A stretch of 63,060 bases of DNA, filler included, from Reclinomonas americana ATCC 50394 (Eukaryota): assembly GCA_048213135.1 (NCBI GenBank). It is 21 parts of 21 records of this genome, joined end to end, with 100 filler letters (N's around TTAATTAATTAA, not from the genome) between each part and the next. Parts side by side here need not be neighbours in the genome. Positions count along the whole stretch, not along the records: positions 10,738 to 14,611 come from AFZH01020137.1; positions 14,712 to 17,315 come from AFZH01020138.1; positions 17,416 to 19,633 come from AFZH01020139.1; positions 19,734 to 23,580 come from AFZH01020140.1; positions 23,681 to 26,988 come from AFZH01020141.1; positions 27,089 to 30,224 come from AFZH01020142.1; 15 more parts are not named here. One strand, given 5' to 3'. The notes under the pieces were generated by a model. The model did no database searches and was not told where the DNA came from. It worked only from the letters and a program-made list of their open reading frames with translations. Made by a program: the position numbers and the translations under genes. Below, one piece after another: positions 11,013-28,501 of this stretch (within the stretch, counting starts at the first letter, position 1; each line of letters starts with the position of its first letter).

Positions 11013-14000
11013 CCTCGTCGTCTTGCGCACCATCATCACCACGGTCACATGCTGTCTCCACAAGGCACTGAGATGCAGGATATGTCGACTCCAGCAGCAG
11101 CAGCTGCTGCAGCAGAGACTCCCAAGGCGACGACTGCCACAGGCACAGTGCCTGTGCATTTGCGCAACAAGTCGCTCAGCAACGATGCACTGCCTCGTGG
11201 ACGCGCACGGGCCAACTCTGCAGGAGGCGTTCGCGTGATGTTGAAGGACGTAGGCAGTACGTTGTCGACTCCTGCGCTTGCTGTTGGAGGAGCAGCTGGA
11301 GGAGGAGTGGCGGCAGTGCATCGGCCTCCGCGGATGGAGTCTATTGCTTCGAATGCGAGCAGCGTGGCCGCGGGCTCGGCGGGAAGCGAGGCGGCGGCGG
11401 CGGGTCTGGTGGGCGATGATTACTCGGAGATGGTGCAGACGCCGGCGAACCCGCGAAATAATCGACCGCTAGCGACTGGTGAGAGGGAGGGAGGGAGGGA
11501 GAAGAGAGGAGTAGGTGTGTGTGAGAGAGAGAGGAGAAGAGGTAGAGTGACAAACAAGAGGCACTGTCTCTCTCTTCGTGACATGAGTGGTGCTGTCTCT
11601 CCCACTCCCCGCATCCGCTTTCTTTCTTCTTGTGATCTGACTGTGGCTGGCTTGCCTTTTCTCTCTCTTTCTTTCTCTCACTCTTTCTCTGCAACTTCCC
11701 CCCCTCTCCATGCCTCTCTTCCCGAGGTGCCTCCTCACTCCTCGCTCTCTCATTCATTCCATCCCTCTTCCTCATCCACTGTCTTTCTCTTTGTGACTTG
11801 AGTGTGGCTGACTCTCCTTTTCTCCGGCGTTCTCTCTCGCTCTCCCGCTGCCTCTCACTCTTTCTACTTGACTTGGGTTAGGCTCACTTTCCGTGTCTCA
11901 CTCTTTCGTTCTCTCAGTCTTCTCTCCGGCTCACCCTCTTCCTCGTTTCGTTCTCTCCCCCACTCATCTCCTCACTCCCCCCGTCTCCGAGACATGAGTG
12001 GTGCTGTACCTCCCTCTCTCCATCTCTCTTTCGCTCTCCTTTCCTCTTTCTCTCAGTGGCTCCCTCTCTCTCCCCACTTCCTCTCTCTCGTGGTGCTGAC
12101 TCTCCCTCTCCCTCTGTCCCCCCCACAGTGACCAGCATGCCGAAACGCGTGCTGGAGATGCTCTCACGCATGAAGACCTGGCACACCATCGACAACTACT
12201 TTATGCAGCTGTACTGCAAGGAGCTTCCGGGGTTGCAGCTGCTGGCGCAGGCCCTCCCGCTGACCTCACGCGTGCAGCGCGTCGATTTTTATCGTGCGTT
12301 TTTTTTTTGAGGGCAAGGGTGTTGCCTGCGCTTGCTACAAACATGTGTGTTGCTCAGGTCGCGCATTTTCTCCCTGGGAACTGGAGCTGGTCTCCGACGC
12401 AATGGTGTACAATAGATCTGTAAAGTCGTTTTCCCTGCGCGGTGAGTGCGTGATAGGGAACTGTGTCGGCTCTGTGCTCGCCTGGCCTTGCATGCGCTGT
12501 CTGTCCTTGCTCGCCTCTCATTTCTCTCTTCACTCGCCTTGCATTCGCTGCCAGTCAGCTCTCCTTTGTTAGCTTTCACTGCACTAATCTAAGGTCCGCT
12601 GTCTTTCCGCGCTCGCGTTGCGCTGTCATTCCTCGCCTTACTATCGCCCTCACTGCACTCGCCTTGCATTTCCAGTCTCTCAACTTGCTTTGCATTTTTT
12701 GCTGTCTCTCCACACCTTCACGTTTCTGCCACTTCGGTCTTCTACCTTTGCCCTCACCGCACTCGCCTTGCGTTGCTGTCTTTCCGCGCTCGCCTTGCTG
12801 TCTCTCCTCGCCTTACTATCGCCGTCGCTCCTCTCACCCTTGCATGCTGTCGTTCGCGCTGCGCTGTCTCTCCCTTTCCGCTCTCTGCTCGTCTTCGTCT
12901 TTCGTTCTATTTCTCCCTCTTACCACCCTCACTCTCTCGCCTCTTCACACAGACTCGCGCCCACACCGCGCCGGCCTGAACCATTTTCTCGACATGCTGA
13001 CCCTCAACGCCACGATCACCGAACTCAACTTGTCCGGTGCGTGCGCGCCTGTGCGCCACCGTCTCCTATGCATCGCTCTCACCTGCAGGCACAGGTGTGG
13101 AGCTCCCGGGCGATACATTCACCCGTTTTCTCGAAGTGTTCCGTCACAACGTCACCTGGAAAACACTCGACATGTCGAGCTGCATGCGCTTTGGCAGCGG
13201 CAACTCGCCCAACGAATTCCTCGAGATTCTCGGCGGCAACTCGAGCTTGGTTGGCGTGCACCTGGATCGTTGAGTTTTCATGCCATGGCGACTGAGCGCT
13301 GCTCTCTCTTCTCACCCCCCCCCCCCCCCCCCCCCTTGTCACAGACACGTTTCTCGGCGACGCCATGCTCACATTACTCCTCAACTCGCTGGTGGAGAAC
13401 TCGACGCTGCGATACATTAGTTTGAATGGTCGGTCTCACCTTTTTTCTGTCTTCCTTGTGTCAATGATCTCATTGTCTCGCCACAGACTGCATGCTGTTT
13501 GACAAGGGCGCGTGCGACCTGTCGCGCTTGCTCCTCTCCCCGCGCACACAGCTCACCAGTTTGTCGCTTCGAGGTGCGATGAGAAGCGGAATGTGCTCTT
13601 TACCTAATTCTCTTTCTAACAATGTGAGCAGAAAACTTCCTCTCTGACCGCGGAGCCATGGCCGTGTGGGATGTGCTGAAGCACGAGGAGAGCCGGGACA
13701 GCGTTATTGTTGGCGGTGAGTGCCGTGGAGACTGGTGACTATCGCACCCTACCTTCGCCTTTCTCTTGACCCTTTGTCTCTCCACTCCTGTCCCTTCACC
13801 TCTCCTCCATCTCTCCCCTTCCCCCTCTCTCCCCTTTCCCCTTTAGACCCCGGCATGCACATCGAAGTCCGCGAAGTCATCAACACCATGAGCGGCCTCA
13901 ACCAAGAACTCCGCCTCGTCACCCTCCTCCTCGAAGCCCTCCGCCGCCAGCGCACCGATCCCGACGTCTCGCGCACCTCATCGGTCACCTCCAACAGTCC

Positions 14001-14544
14001 GAGTGAGGACGACTATCTCGAGGCCGACTTGCCGGTCCCTGTATATGCCGACGCTGTGCAGGTGCGTCTTTCCATCGCCCTTTCCCTTTCTATTCACTCT
14101 TTTCATCACGGTGGGTGCAGGACGATGAGCTCTCCGACTTGGCCTCTGTTCGCTCGCACCACCGCGGCCCCTCGTTCGTTCTGGTCCACTCACCAGCAGT
14201 GCGCGCGCGTCTGGCCAGCGGCGATGCCCCGCCGTCTCCATCGCCGTTTGAGGTAAAGTGCATTCAATGGCAGCCTGTCTCTTGTCTCTTACTCTGCTCT
14301 ATCGCTCTTTCTCTCCACCTCTGTCTGTTTGTCTGTCTGTCTGTTCGTGTCTGTCAGTGTGTCTGTTGTCTCCCTCCCTCTCTCCGTTTCCCTTTTCTGT
14401 TTGTTTGTTTTTTGTTTGTTTGTCTGTCTTTCTCTATGCTCTCTCACTTCTCTCTGCGTCAGTCATTCAGGCTGTCTCTCTGTCTCTCACTCTCTCGCAT
14501 TCTCTGTCTCTTGCTGATTTTCATTCTTCTTCTTCTCTCTCCAC

Positions 14545-14576
<32 letters not shown>

Positions 14577-14737
14577 GCCTGTCTGCCTGTTTCTCTCTTT
14601 TTTCTTTCTCTNNNNNNNNNNNNNNNNNNNNNNNNNNNNNNNNNNNNNNNNNNNNTTAATTAATTAANNNNNNNNNNNNNNNNNNNNNNNNNNNNNNNNN
14701 NNNNNNNNNNNTTATCTCCTCCCTTCCCTCCCTCTCT

Positions 14738-14772
<35 letters not shown>

Positions 14773-16819
14773 GTCTCTCTCTCTCTCTCTTCTCCGTGTG
14801 TTAGTCTGTTCGTGTCCTTGTCAGTTTGTAAGTCACTTTGTCTTTCTTTCTTACTCTCTGGTTGTCCGTCTGTCTATCTGTCTCTTTCTCCCTCCCTCCC
14901 TCCCTCCCTCCCTCCCTCCCTCCCTCCCTCCCTCTCTCCCTCTCTCCCTCTCTCCCTTCCTCCCTTCCTCCCTTCCTTCCTTCCTCTCTTTCCTCTCCCC
15001 CCCTCTCCCCCACCCTCAATTCACCTCCCTGCCTCAGCTCGACGACCCCTTCACCGGCAGTGGCGTGGGAGCACTCTTCCCCGTGCAACGCACTGGCTCC
15101 GGCTCCTCGCGCCCCGTGTCAACCACTGCCCGCCAGTCCACCACCACGCAGCACCATTTCGAAGACGGCGAGGGAGGCTTCCCAGCGCGCGGATTCGTGG
15201 AGAGCCCGCTCGACAACAGCGGGACAGACTCGGATAGCGACGACGACGACGAAGAGGAGGAAGAGGTAGAAGAGATTGCCGACGACGACGATACGCACCT
15301 GTTCGCACATCCGGGTGTGGTGGTGTTGCCGTCGCCGGCGCATCAACGACACCCGCACGATCTGTCGCAGGAGCAGACGTGTGACATTACCACTCTCGGT
15401 TCTTCGTCGTTTGTCAGCGGCGGTACACCTCCGCGGTTGTTGGGAGCCACGTCGGACTCGATAGTGTCGCCGCAGGGGACCACTCGCCTGCTGCTGGAGT
15501 TGGTGGAGAATGAGTCGCCGACGCCGGGGGTCGAGCGCGGCAACACGCTCAGACTACCGCGCACGCCGCTGTCGGAGATCGGTTCGCATGACCACCTGCT
15601 GCAGCCGGGCGAGCATGACGACGACGACGATGAAGATGATGACGATGACGCCGGGCATAGCGGCGACGACGATGCGCCGACATCGATTGCGTCGCCACCG
15701 TTGCACGCGGCGCGCGAATACGGCGACCTGCTGCGCCAGCCAGCGTCGTCGTCACACGCCATCCCGGTTGCTGTGCAGGCGCGTCGATTGCTGGGCCTGC
15801 CACATCGCATCCGCGACGGTGTGCCAGACGACTCGCACAGCGACGAAATGCACGGTTTGATGGATCGTGAGGACACAGCGACCACCGGCACCACCAACAC
15901 GGGAACGACGCCGCGCGACACACCGTACCTGTCGCCCGGCAACGAACTCCCACTGGCACGCCACAGCTTGCCCGGCGTGCGGTTGCAGGAGACGCTGCCG
16001 CCCGGCGCATCTGTCGGCACCACTGGTCATCTTGTCGGCCCACCGCTGCTGTTCCCGACGAACCGGCGTCGTGACTCTGGCAGCGCCGCCGCCGGCGTGA
16101 TTCGCCAGTCGCGCAGCATGAGTCCCGACGCACTGTCGCTGGATGCCTACCAGACGCCCCGTGTCGACTCGTCGGCACCGTCGGAGCATGCGCGCTCGGA
16201 CGACGCCATGCAGCCACTGATGGTGTCGGCCAGCGACGTGCGTGTCGGCTTCACCAGCAGCGACAAGCAGGTCCCGTCGAGTGCGAGCACCGTGGGCGAG
16301 GTCGGCGGCGATTTGCCCGACTCGGACGACGACTACCCCGCCGACGATGACCGTCGCGAGGTGGAGGAGGTGGAGCCAGTGCCGCGGCTGGCGCGAGGCA
16401 AGCAGTCGGCCATTCGTGGCACCGCGTCGCTGCCTCCAGTGCAGGCCTTCAGTGCTGCCGGTCCAAACTTGACGGCAGCCACGTCGCCACCGGCCTCGAC
16501 CGCTGCGACTACCACCACCACCACCGCTGCCACGGTCGTCACCGCGACTGCCGGCACCGCAGCCGCCGGAGCAGCACCAGCAGCACCAGCACCACCGCGG
16601 CCACTGCGCAAACCGGCAGACAGCGCGGCGCCACTACCACGACCCGGTGCCGACGCACGTCGACGCCGTCGCAAGTCGAAGAAGCCGAAACCGCTCAGCG
16701 CCGACGAGCTGGCCATTCGTTGCCTCGAGTGTGTGGCCGCCCACCTCATGCATCTCCGCAAGGTCGGCGAGCAGCGTCGGTCCGCCAGCGTGTCTTCGTA
16801 CGGCTACGGGATTAGGTAA
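11013..16819 (+). CDS. RNI-like leucine-rich-repeat protein with long low-complexity/acidic C-terminus (5' end uncertain; crosses a gap)
   Basis: Exons 11013-11478, 12129-12293, 12358-12441, 12953-13036, 13089-13268, 13345-13428, 13487-13573, 13632-13715, ~13847-14061, ~14121-14252, ~15038-16819. LRR motifs NRSVKSFSLR, NATITELNLSG, NVTWKTLDMS, NSSLVGVHLD, NSTLRYISLN, QLTSLSLRENFLSDRGA. Confidence 0.8.
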
Positions 16820-16919
16820 TAAGATGGCATCGGAATACATACAGATCGAGTTCTTTTGTTTTTTTGTTTACGATAGGAAATTGTGAGGGGAAAAACAAAG
16901 AGAGAAAAAATCACCACTT

Positions 16920-21092
<4,173 letters not shown>

Positions 21093-21218
21093 GCTCTCTC
21101 TCACACACACACTCAACCCTTGATCACACTTTGTTCGTTGTCACACAAACAGAGAGGACGACACAACGTCGCATTTCATTGTCGAAACGAACGTCGAGAG
21201 CGATAAAAGCAAGAGCGA

Positions 21219-24200
21219 TTACTTGGCATCCTCGCCGTGAGTCTCCGCATACACAATCTCCTCCTCGGTGCGCTTGTCAATGTCGAGCAGGCTGAAGGGG
21301 ATGAACTTGACACCGTCGCCGACGTAGAACTTGCTCTGGAACTCGACCCAGTGCAAGCGCAGCGCGTGCAAGAACGCCGACAGCGACTCCATCATCAGCA
21401 GCACGCCGACAGTCACGCCCGACCACACCGCGAAACCGACAAAGGTGAAGATGCCGTAGTAGTTGTCGGCGGCAATGGCCTTGGCCAGCACGAAATCCCA
21501 AAACACCTCCGACAGCTGCGCGTGCGCCAGCGACAGCGCCCACAGACGCAGGTACGAGGCGGTGTTGGAGATGGCGCCGAGCACGTACTCGATCGTGTGG
21601 ATCATCTGGTGCATCATCACGTCGCTGAACTCGAACTCGCCGTCACCGTGCTGCGGGTGGGGGGAAGGAAAGAGAGAGAGGGAAGAGTGAGCAAGGACAA
21701 GGGTATTACATACAAGTCATTCTCCCGCGAGCTGCAATGACTCCCCTCTCGCTATTCGAAAGCATATCTCTCTTCCTTCTTATCATTCTACTCTCCCGCA
21801 CACTCACAAGATCCTCCTCGACATTGTTTCCAGTCATTCAAAACTGACTACTCGCGCCTTCGTCCCTCCCACACAAGCTCTTCCTTTTGCGACAAAATGT
21901 CTCTTCTCTTCAACAGTCATTCAAAACTGAGTATCTCTTTCGTTGTCATTCGCCTTCTTCCCTCTCCCACACAAGACAAGCTCTTCCTCCTACGACAGAA
22001 TGCATCTTCTCTTCGACAGATCTTTTTCGTTGTCATTCGCCTTTTTCCCTTCCACGCACAGAGCACTTCCTCCACGGCAGAACGTCTCTTCTCTTCGACA
22101 GTCTTTCAAAAGCACGCACTCTTTCGCGTTCTCTGTCAAGCCAGCTTCTCATCACCATCACAACATCTTCCCCGGATGCCCACGCTTCCTCTCTGCCCCC
22201 ACACACTTGCTCTCTGCGACATGCTATCTCTTCTCCTTTCTCATTACACACTCTTCCTCCCTCTCCTTCTCCCCCTCCCCCCTTTACCCCACTCACCCCA
22301 TCATGACCACCGCCACCACCGCTGTTGCCACCGGCAGTCGCGGCATGATCCGAGGCCTCCACGCGCAGCGGCGCACTCGACGGCCCCTCATTCTCCTCAT
22401 CCTCGTGCGACGAGTCCGACGACAGCAGCATGGGGCGGCTCTCGTGGAACGTGTGCGGCACACCGTCGGCCGGCGCCAGCCCGCGGCGCTTCAGCTCCTG
22501 CTTGTGGCGGTAGCGCAGAATCAGGGGCTTGGGCAGCAGCAGGATCGGGATGGCCAGCACGGCAATGACCAGCAGGGCGGCTTGCACTTTCGGCTGCGTG
22601 GGTGGGAAGGGGGATGGTGAGCATGCAAGCAGTAAGCAGTAAGCCCCTACTTTTTCTTCTTCTCCTCCTCTCCCTTTCTTTTCTCTCTCAGAGCCCCTGT
22701 GTAAATCAATGTCACAGGCGGCACGGACGAAAAATTGCCCGTCGCTACCTCATACACAAAGCAAGTAACACAATCATCACCGAGAGCTCGCTCACTCAAT
22801 CTCACTTCCCCTCCAACCCTACAAAAAAGAGGCGCTCACCTGCGACTCGTAGATGAGGTCGCCATCGTTGACACCGCCGAGTTGCAGGAAGAACGAGGTC
22901 ATCATCGTTAGCAGCGACGGCGGGCCCTGGGACAGGCCAGCCGGGCGGCTCGCCGACCAGTTGATGCACCACTTGACAAAGATCATGACACACATGTAGC
23001 CGAAGGTGAACGAGAGGAAGATGAACTCCGGAATGGTCATGGTGAACACGTTGAGGTAGTTCTTGTTGTAGAGGTTGTTGAGCAGGCTCATCACCACGCC
23101 GAAGAGCATGTGGGTCACTAAACGGGGGAAGGAGGGGAAGGGTGAGATGATAAGCAGGAGGCGGTGGAGGTGAGAGAGAGAGAAGAGGGCGATGAGGGCA
23201 AGAGAGAAAGTGTGTGGGAGTGAGAAAGGCAGACAGACAGACAGAAATGCAACACACACGCATATGCACACAACGTAACATGATGAATCAATGAAGACAG
23301 AAAGGCAGAAAGAAAGAAAGAGAGAAGAGAGAGAGAGGAACACGCACACACACTCGCGCACATAGAAAGAAAGCAAGAAAGAGTGCACACACTCGCACAC
23401 ACAAGAGACACGCAGGAACGACCTGACCTCTGATTTAATAATAAAGCAAGAAAGAAGTGAGCGAGAGAGGATGAAGGAGCAACGGACTTGCACGAGGCGA
23501 CACTAAATGCTGCACCGTGCCAGACAGAAACTGCTTCTCCGTTCCCCCCCCCTTCCCCTTCCTCCCTTCCCCTTCTCCTTNNNNNNNNNNNNNNNNNNNN
23601 NNNNNNNNNNNNNNNNNNNNNNNNTTAATTAATTAANNNNNNNNNNNNNNNNNNNNNNNNNNNNNNNNNNNNNNNNNNNNGGAGAAGGGAAGAGAAAGGG
23701 AAGGGAGAAGAGAGAGAGAGAGAGTGGGAGAGAGAGAGAGAGGGAGAGATCGACGCGGGTGATGCTGAGAATTGAGAAAGAAGCACCAGCCCTCGACATG
23801 AACTAAAGAGGAGAAGGAAAGAAGGCAGGATAAAAACCCGAGACTGAATGTGAGCGCACACAGATAATGTGAGCGACTGGGACACCACAAGGTGTGACGA
23901 AGACAGCAACATTCAGATGGATCAGGAGGGACGCAGAGAACACACAACAAACAAGGAGATGGTGAGAGACTGATGCACACAGCGAGCGTGAGGAACAAGA
24001 ATAGAGACGACACACACACGCATCTCAATGAGATGAGTGATGCAGAATTCGGAAAGAACGGGTGAGACGAGAGCGACAACTACTCGCACACACAGAGAGA
24101 GAGGGGGGAGAAAGAGAAGAAGAGCGAGAGAGAAACGAGAGTTGTCAACAGCGGGAGTGCGAGAGGCAACACTGCGTGATGCAAATAGCAGAAGCGAATT

Positions 24201-24841
24201 CGGAAAGGCAGGCGACAAACGCTCACAGAGTGATGCAGAGAGCAGAGGATGAAATGAGAAGGCTTGAATCGCAAGTGATGCAGAGAAAGGAACTCTGCAA
24301 AAACACAAGCAAGGCGACACGTCGAAGAGAGAAGCGCTTGCCCTCCGTCTCTTCCTCTCCATCTCCTCCTTTCCCTTTCTCTCCCATCTCCTCCTCCCGC
24401 CTCACCTCCAGCTCCTCCAGCGAATCATTGCCCGGCGGCATGTTGAGCTGGGCCTTGAGTCCGGCCAGACGCATAGCCTTCTCAAAGTAGCGCACCTTGC
24501 GCTCCAGCTCCTCAATGCCCTTGATGTCCTCGGCGAACTCACGAGCAAACGCATTCAGTTGCGGATTCAACTATCTTACGTAGTCAGCAAATGCCGGCAG
24601 AACTGCTGCGACTGAATGCAGCACGCAACGTCCTTGAACTGCGTCAACCCCATGCGTCCAAGCTCCTCGCATGCCTCGAAACACGCCTAACACGCACACA
24701 GAGAGAGTGTTCTTGTTGTGTAAGAAGACATGTCGCACGTGCCATCTCCCCGTCCTTCGTGTGTGACAAGAGAAACGCAACATCGCGCTGCACAATGAGC
24801 TGCAGCAGCTCCATGGGCGCCGAACGCCACAACGTGCCCAT
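21219..24841 (-). CDS. VPH1: V-type H+-ATPase V0 subunit a (Vph1/ATP6V0A); central part missing in gap
   Basis: [159 protein letters not shown]. Confidence 0.97.
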
Positions 24842-24911
24842 CTTGATTGCGGGTTAAAGATAGCTGATGCAATGAGTGGGAAAGTGAGTGAAAAGTGTGA
24901 GAAAGTGCAAC

Positions 24912-24942
<31 letters not shown>

Positions 24943-25350
24943 AGGAGGGGAGAGAAGTAAAAACGGCGTGCACTGATAGAAAGATAGAGAGACAGGGAGA
25001 GAGTGTTGAAGAGACTTGTCATAAAAGTGCAACATGGCATCTCACACTCAGGCGCGAAGACAGCACACGCGCGCTCTCATGTGCTCTCTTTACACACAAG
25101 CGCGCACGTGCACATGCACGCACTCACTCAGAGAGAGAAGAGAGAAAAACGCGTGCGTGAAAGTGCAAACTCAAACAAGCACACAAACACAGAGAAACAC
25201 AGACGCACTTCCAACAACGCACACGCACGCACCTCAGTCAAAAGAGACCGCCCGCGCGCACACCAGCAATACGCGAGTCGAAAGTGAGTGAGTGACAATG
25301 GACAGTGCACTGGTGGACAGAGCGAGCACGCGTCGGTTTCGATTTCATAC

Positions 25351-26988
25351 ATGGCCGATGCGGAGGACGCGCACTCCCGTGCCGCCTCGAGCATCGAAGA
25401 GCTCTTCTTCGGCGAGGGCTTTCTGCTCAGCGCCGACGCGATGGGTCCGGTGATGCCCGCCGGCCCGCGACGTCGTCCCGTCCCGAAACTGAATGCGTCT
25501 GGATCGTCGTCATCGGCGTGGTCGCGTCGGCGCCGGAGAAGCAAGAGCGGCGGTCCCCTGTCCCCTCCACGGTGGATGCCGCCAGCGAAGCCAGTGGCGC
25601 AGGACGCGACGCCACCAACGCCGACGCAAACAGTGACGACAAAGAAAAAGAAGACGATTGTGCGACCAGTGGTGCGTTTGGTGTGTGCCTCTTCTGTGCG
25701 TCGAGTAAGAGTGCATTGTGGTGATGAGAACGTTGGTTGTGTAGAGAGTGAGCGGGGATGCGGAGGGTGGCGATGATCATGTGATCCAGCTGGTGTTGAT
25801 TGAGGAGGCGGAGATGGGGCGCACGGAATTGGTCATTCGAAGTCCGCAGGCGGGCGTGCTGCATGTTGTTGTTGCGTTTGTCCTGCTTGCTCTGAGGGGG
25901 AGAGAGCGCGCTCTTCTTATGCCTGAGCCATCGTAGCCGGTTCGGAAAATGCGACGGAGACCAGTGACACCGCCTGCTCGGGATCTTGACGCGTTGTCTG
26001 CTGCCACTGGGAATGCTGCTGGTGCTGCTGGAGGGAAGAAGCGATTGGTGTTTACGGAGTATGCGGGGCCAGGGGAAGGAGTGACGCCGGTGGAGGTGGC
26101 GACGGATGTGGGGAGGCTGGCGGAGAGGTTGTCGTCGACGCGACCGCAGAGTGCAATGCCGCTGTCGGTGGGTGTGCGATGTGAGATGTGGGAGGAGTGT
26201 ATGTGCGTTGGTGATTAGGTGCTCCTCTCCTCTCCTTCTTCCCTCCTCCTTCTCTTCTGTCTCCTCATCGATTCAACTTTTTTGTCGTCCTTGTTCACTC
26301 TCGCATTCTCCCCCTCGCCTCCTTTCATCCTTGCCTTTCCCCCTTTGTCTGTTTTCCCTTGTCTCCTTCCGTCCATCGCCTTCTCACTCCTCACGTTTTA
26401 CCTCCTTGTCGCTTGCCGTCCTTGTTTCTTGTCGCTGTAGTCTTCCCGTCTTCCCCCTCAATCTTCGTCCTTGCAGTCCCCCTTGTTGCCTGTCATCCCT
26501 TGTTTCTTGTCGCTGTAGTCTTCCCTCCTCCACTTATGTTCTCGATCTTCTTCCTTCCCCTTACCCTCCCCCCTTACCCTTCCCCCTTCCCCCTTGTCCC
26601 CCTTCTCCCCCTTTCCTAACCCTTCCCCCTCCTTCACCGTTCCCCATTTACCCCCTCAGTCGAGTCACGACAAGTTGACCGCCGCCTCCAAGCTATCACC
26701 GACCAACCTGCAGCGCTCGCCCGGCAGTCTGTCGACCACCACCACCGCGACGACCACACTGACGACCATCACCGACATGTCGTCGTCGCCGGATCGGGAG
26801 CGACTCGGCACCGTGCAAACGCTGGCACAGCGCCTGACAAGACCACAGAGTGCGGCTGTGTTGCCGGTGAGTGCGAGAGTGATGTTGTTTTGGGAACCAA
26901 CAATGCTGAGCCTGCTTGCAGGTCTCACGAGCGTGTGTGGAGGAGTCGAGGAGACTGGAGCGAGCGCATTCCAGGTCAGCGCTCTTCC
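25351..26988 (+). CDS. Hypothetical Ser/Pro/Arg-rich protein with RPQSA motifs (partial, runs into gap)
   Basis: Spliceable exons ~25351-25671, 25790-25850, 25937-26167, 26660-26866, 26922-26988; two similar ..LAERLSSTRPQSA / LAQRLTRPQSA segments. Confidence 0.55.
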
Positions 26989-27088
26989 NNNNNNNNNNNN
27001 NNNNNNNNNNNNNNNNNNNNNNNNNNNNNNNNTTAATTAATTAANNNNNNNNNNNNNNNNNNNNNNNNNNNNNNNNNNNNNNNNNNNN

Positions 27089-28437
27089 TTTTCGATTTCC
27101 TCGTCAGCATTGGTATGCGACCACTGGTGAGGAGCAGAAGGCACAGTCCTTTCTCAGTTCAGGCTGCATTCTCTGACCAAAGTTGGGGGGGGAGCAAGGT
27201 GGAGATTGGCTTCATGCCGACCCTGCTGGCCTCGGGCAACCAGACGTGGAGTCACTACATGGCCAATGTGACGCCTCCTCGCGACTGGAATCAGTGGGCG
27301 TTGCTCGTGGCCGAGTTTGTGGGTCATCTGGTGGACCGATACGGGCTGGCGGAGGTGCTGCAGTGGAACTTTGAAGTATGGAATGGTGAGAGGGTGAAAG
27401 GGCGCTGCGAGTGAGCGCAGGGAAGCTGACCTTGGGTGTCGCGCGTAGAGCCGAACTGCTGCCCGCACGACTTTTGGACCGGATCGCAGAGTGCGTTGTG
27501 TCATCGTCGCCGTCGTGTTGTTACACGGACTCATGAGGCACTGTGTGCGCATGCCAGGCGACTACTTTTACCTCTTCAAGGTCACGTCGCAGGCGGCCAA
27601 GTCGGCGGATCCTCGCATCCGCGTCGGTGGTCCGGCGACTGGTGTGTTTTTGCGCTCCACATCTCTCTCTCTCCCGCCCGCCAGTGACATGACTCGCGCG
27701 CAGCCATGTCGGCGTGGGTCGCCGACTTTGTCAACTACTGCCGCACCAACAATGTGGCGTTTGATTTCATCAGCACGCACGAGTATCCCACCGATCCGCC
27801 AGGTCCGCAGACCCGTGCGTTCTTTGGCGACCAACTCGCACGCACCCGTGCCACTGTCGGACCGGGCATTCCGATTTACTACACCGAGTACGACGACGGC
27901 TACAACGATGGCACGAGCTATGCAGCCGCCTTTGCCGCCTTCCAGGTGTTCCGTGCGAATGGTGTCGTGGATGCCATGTCGTGGTGGCCGTTCAGTGATT
28001 TGTTTGAGGAGGCGGGATTGCGGCCGGATCCGTTCAATGAGCAGTGTGAGTGGTGGGGAGGGGAGAGAGGGGGAGAGGGGGGGTGAGAAAGGGAGGACAA
28101 CGAGACGGAGAGCAGCACCTGCATGTTACCGTTGTTGCCGATGGGAGGAATGACAAGAAGAGCTGAGGTGGACAAGGATTGTGAGGGGAGGAGTGTCAAT
28201 GGAGATTCTTCTTGCTACTGTTGTTGTTGCGGGTGAAGGGAAGGTGAAAGAATGAAGCGCGTAGAAGCGGAGAAGTAGAGAGCCGGGGAGGAGTAGGCGT
28301 GCATACTGCTGTTGCAGTTGCTGGTGGTGAAGAGGACCATGCACAGGAGAGAAGCAGAGCAGAGATGTACAGAGACGGCAACAGGGTAGTGTGAGTCGAG
28401 GGCCTGCATGTCGCTGATGTTGGGGAGGAAGTAGAGG

Positions 28438-28501
<64 letters not shown>

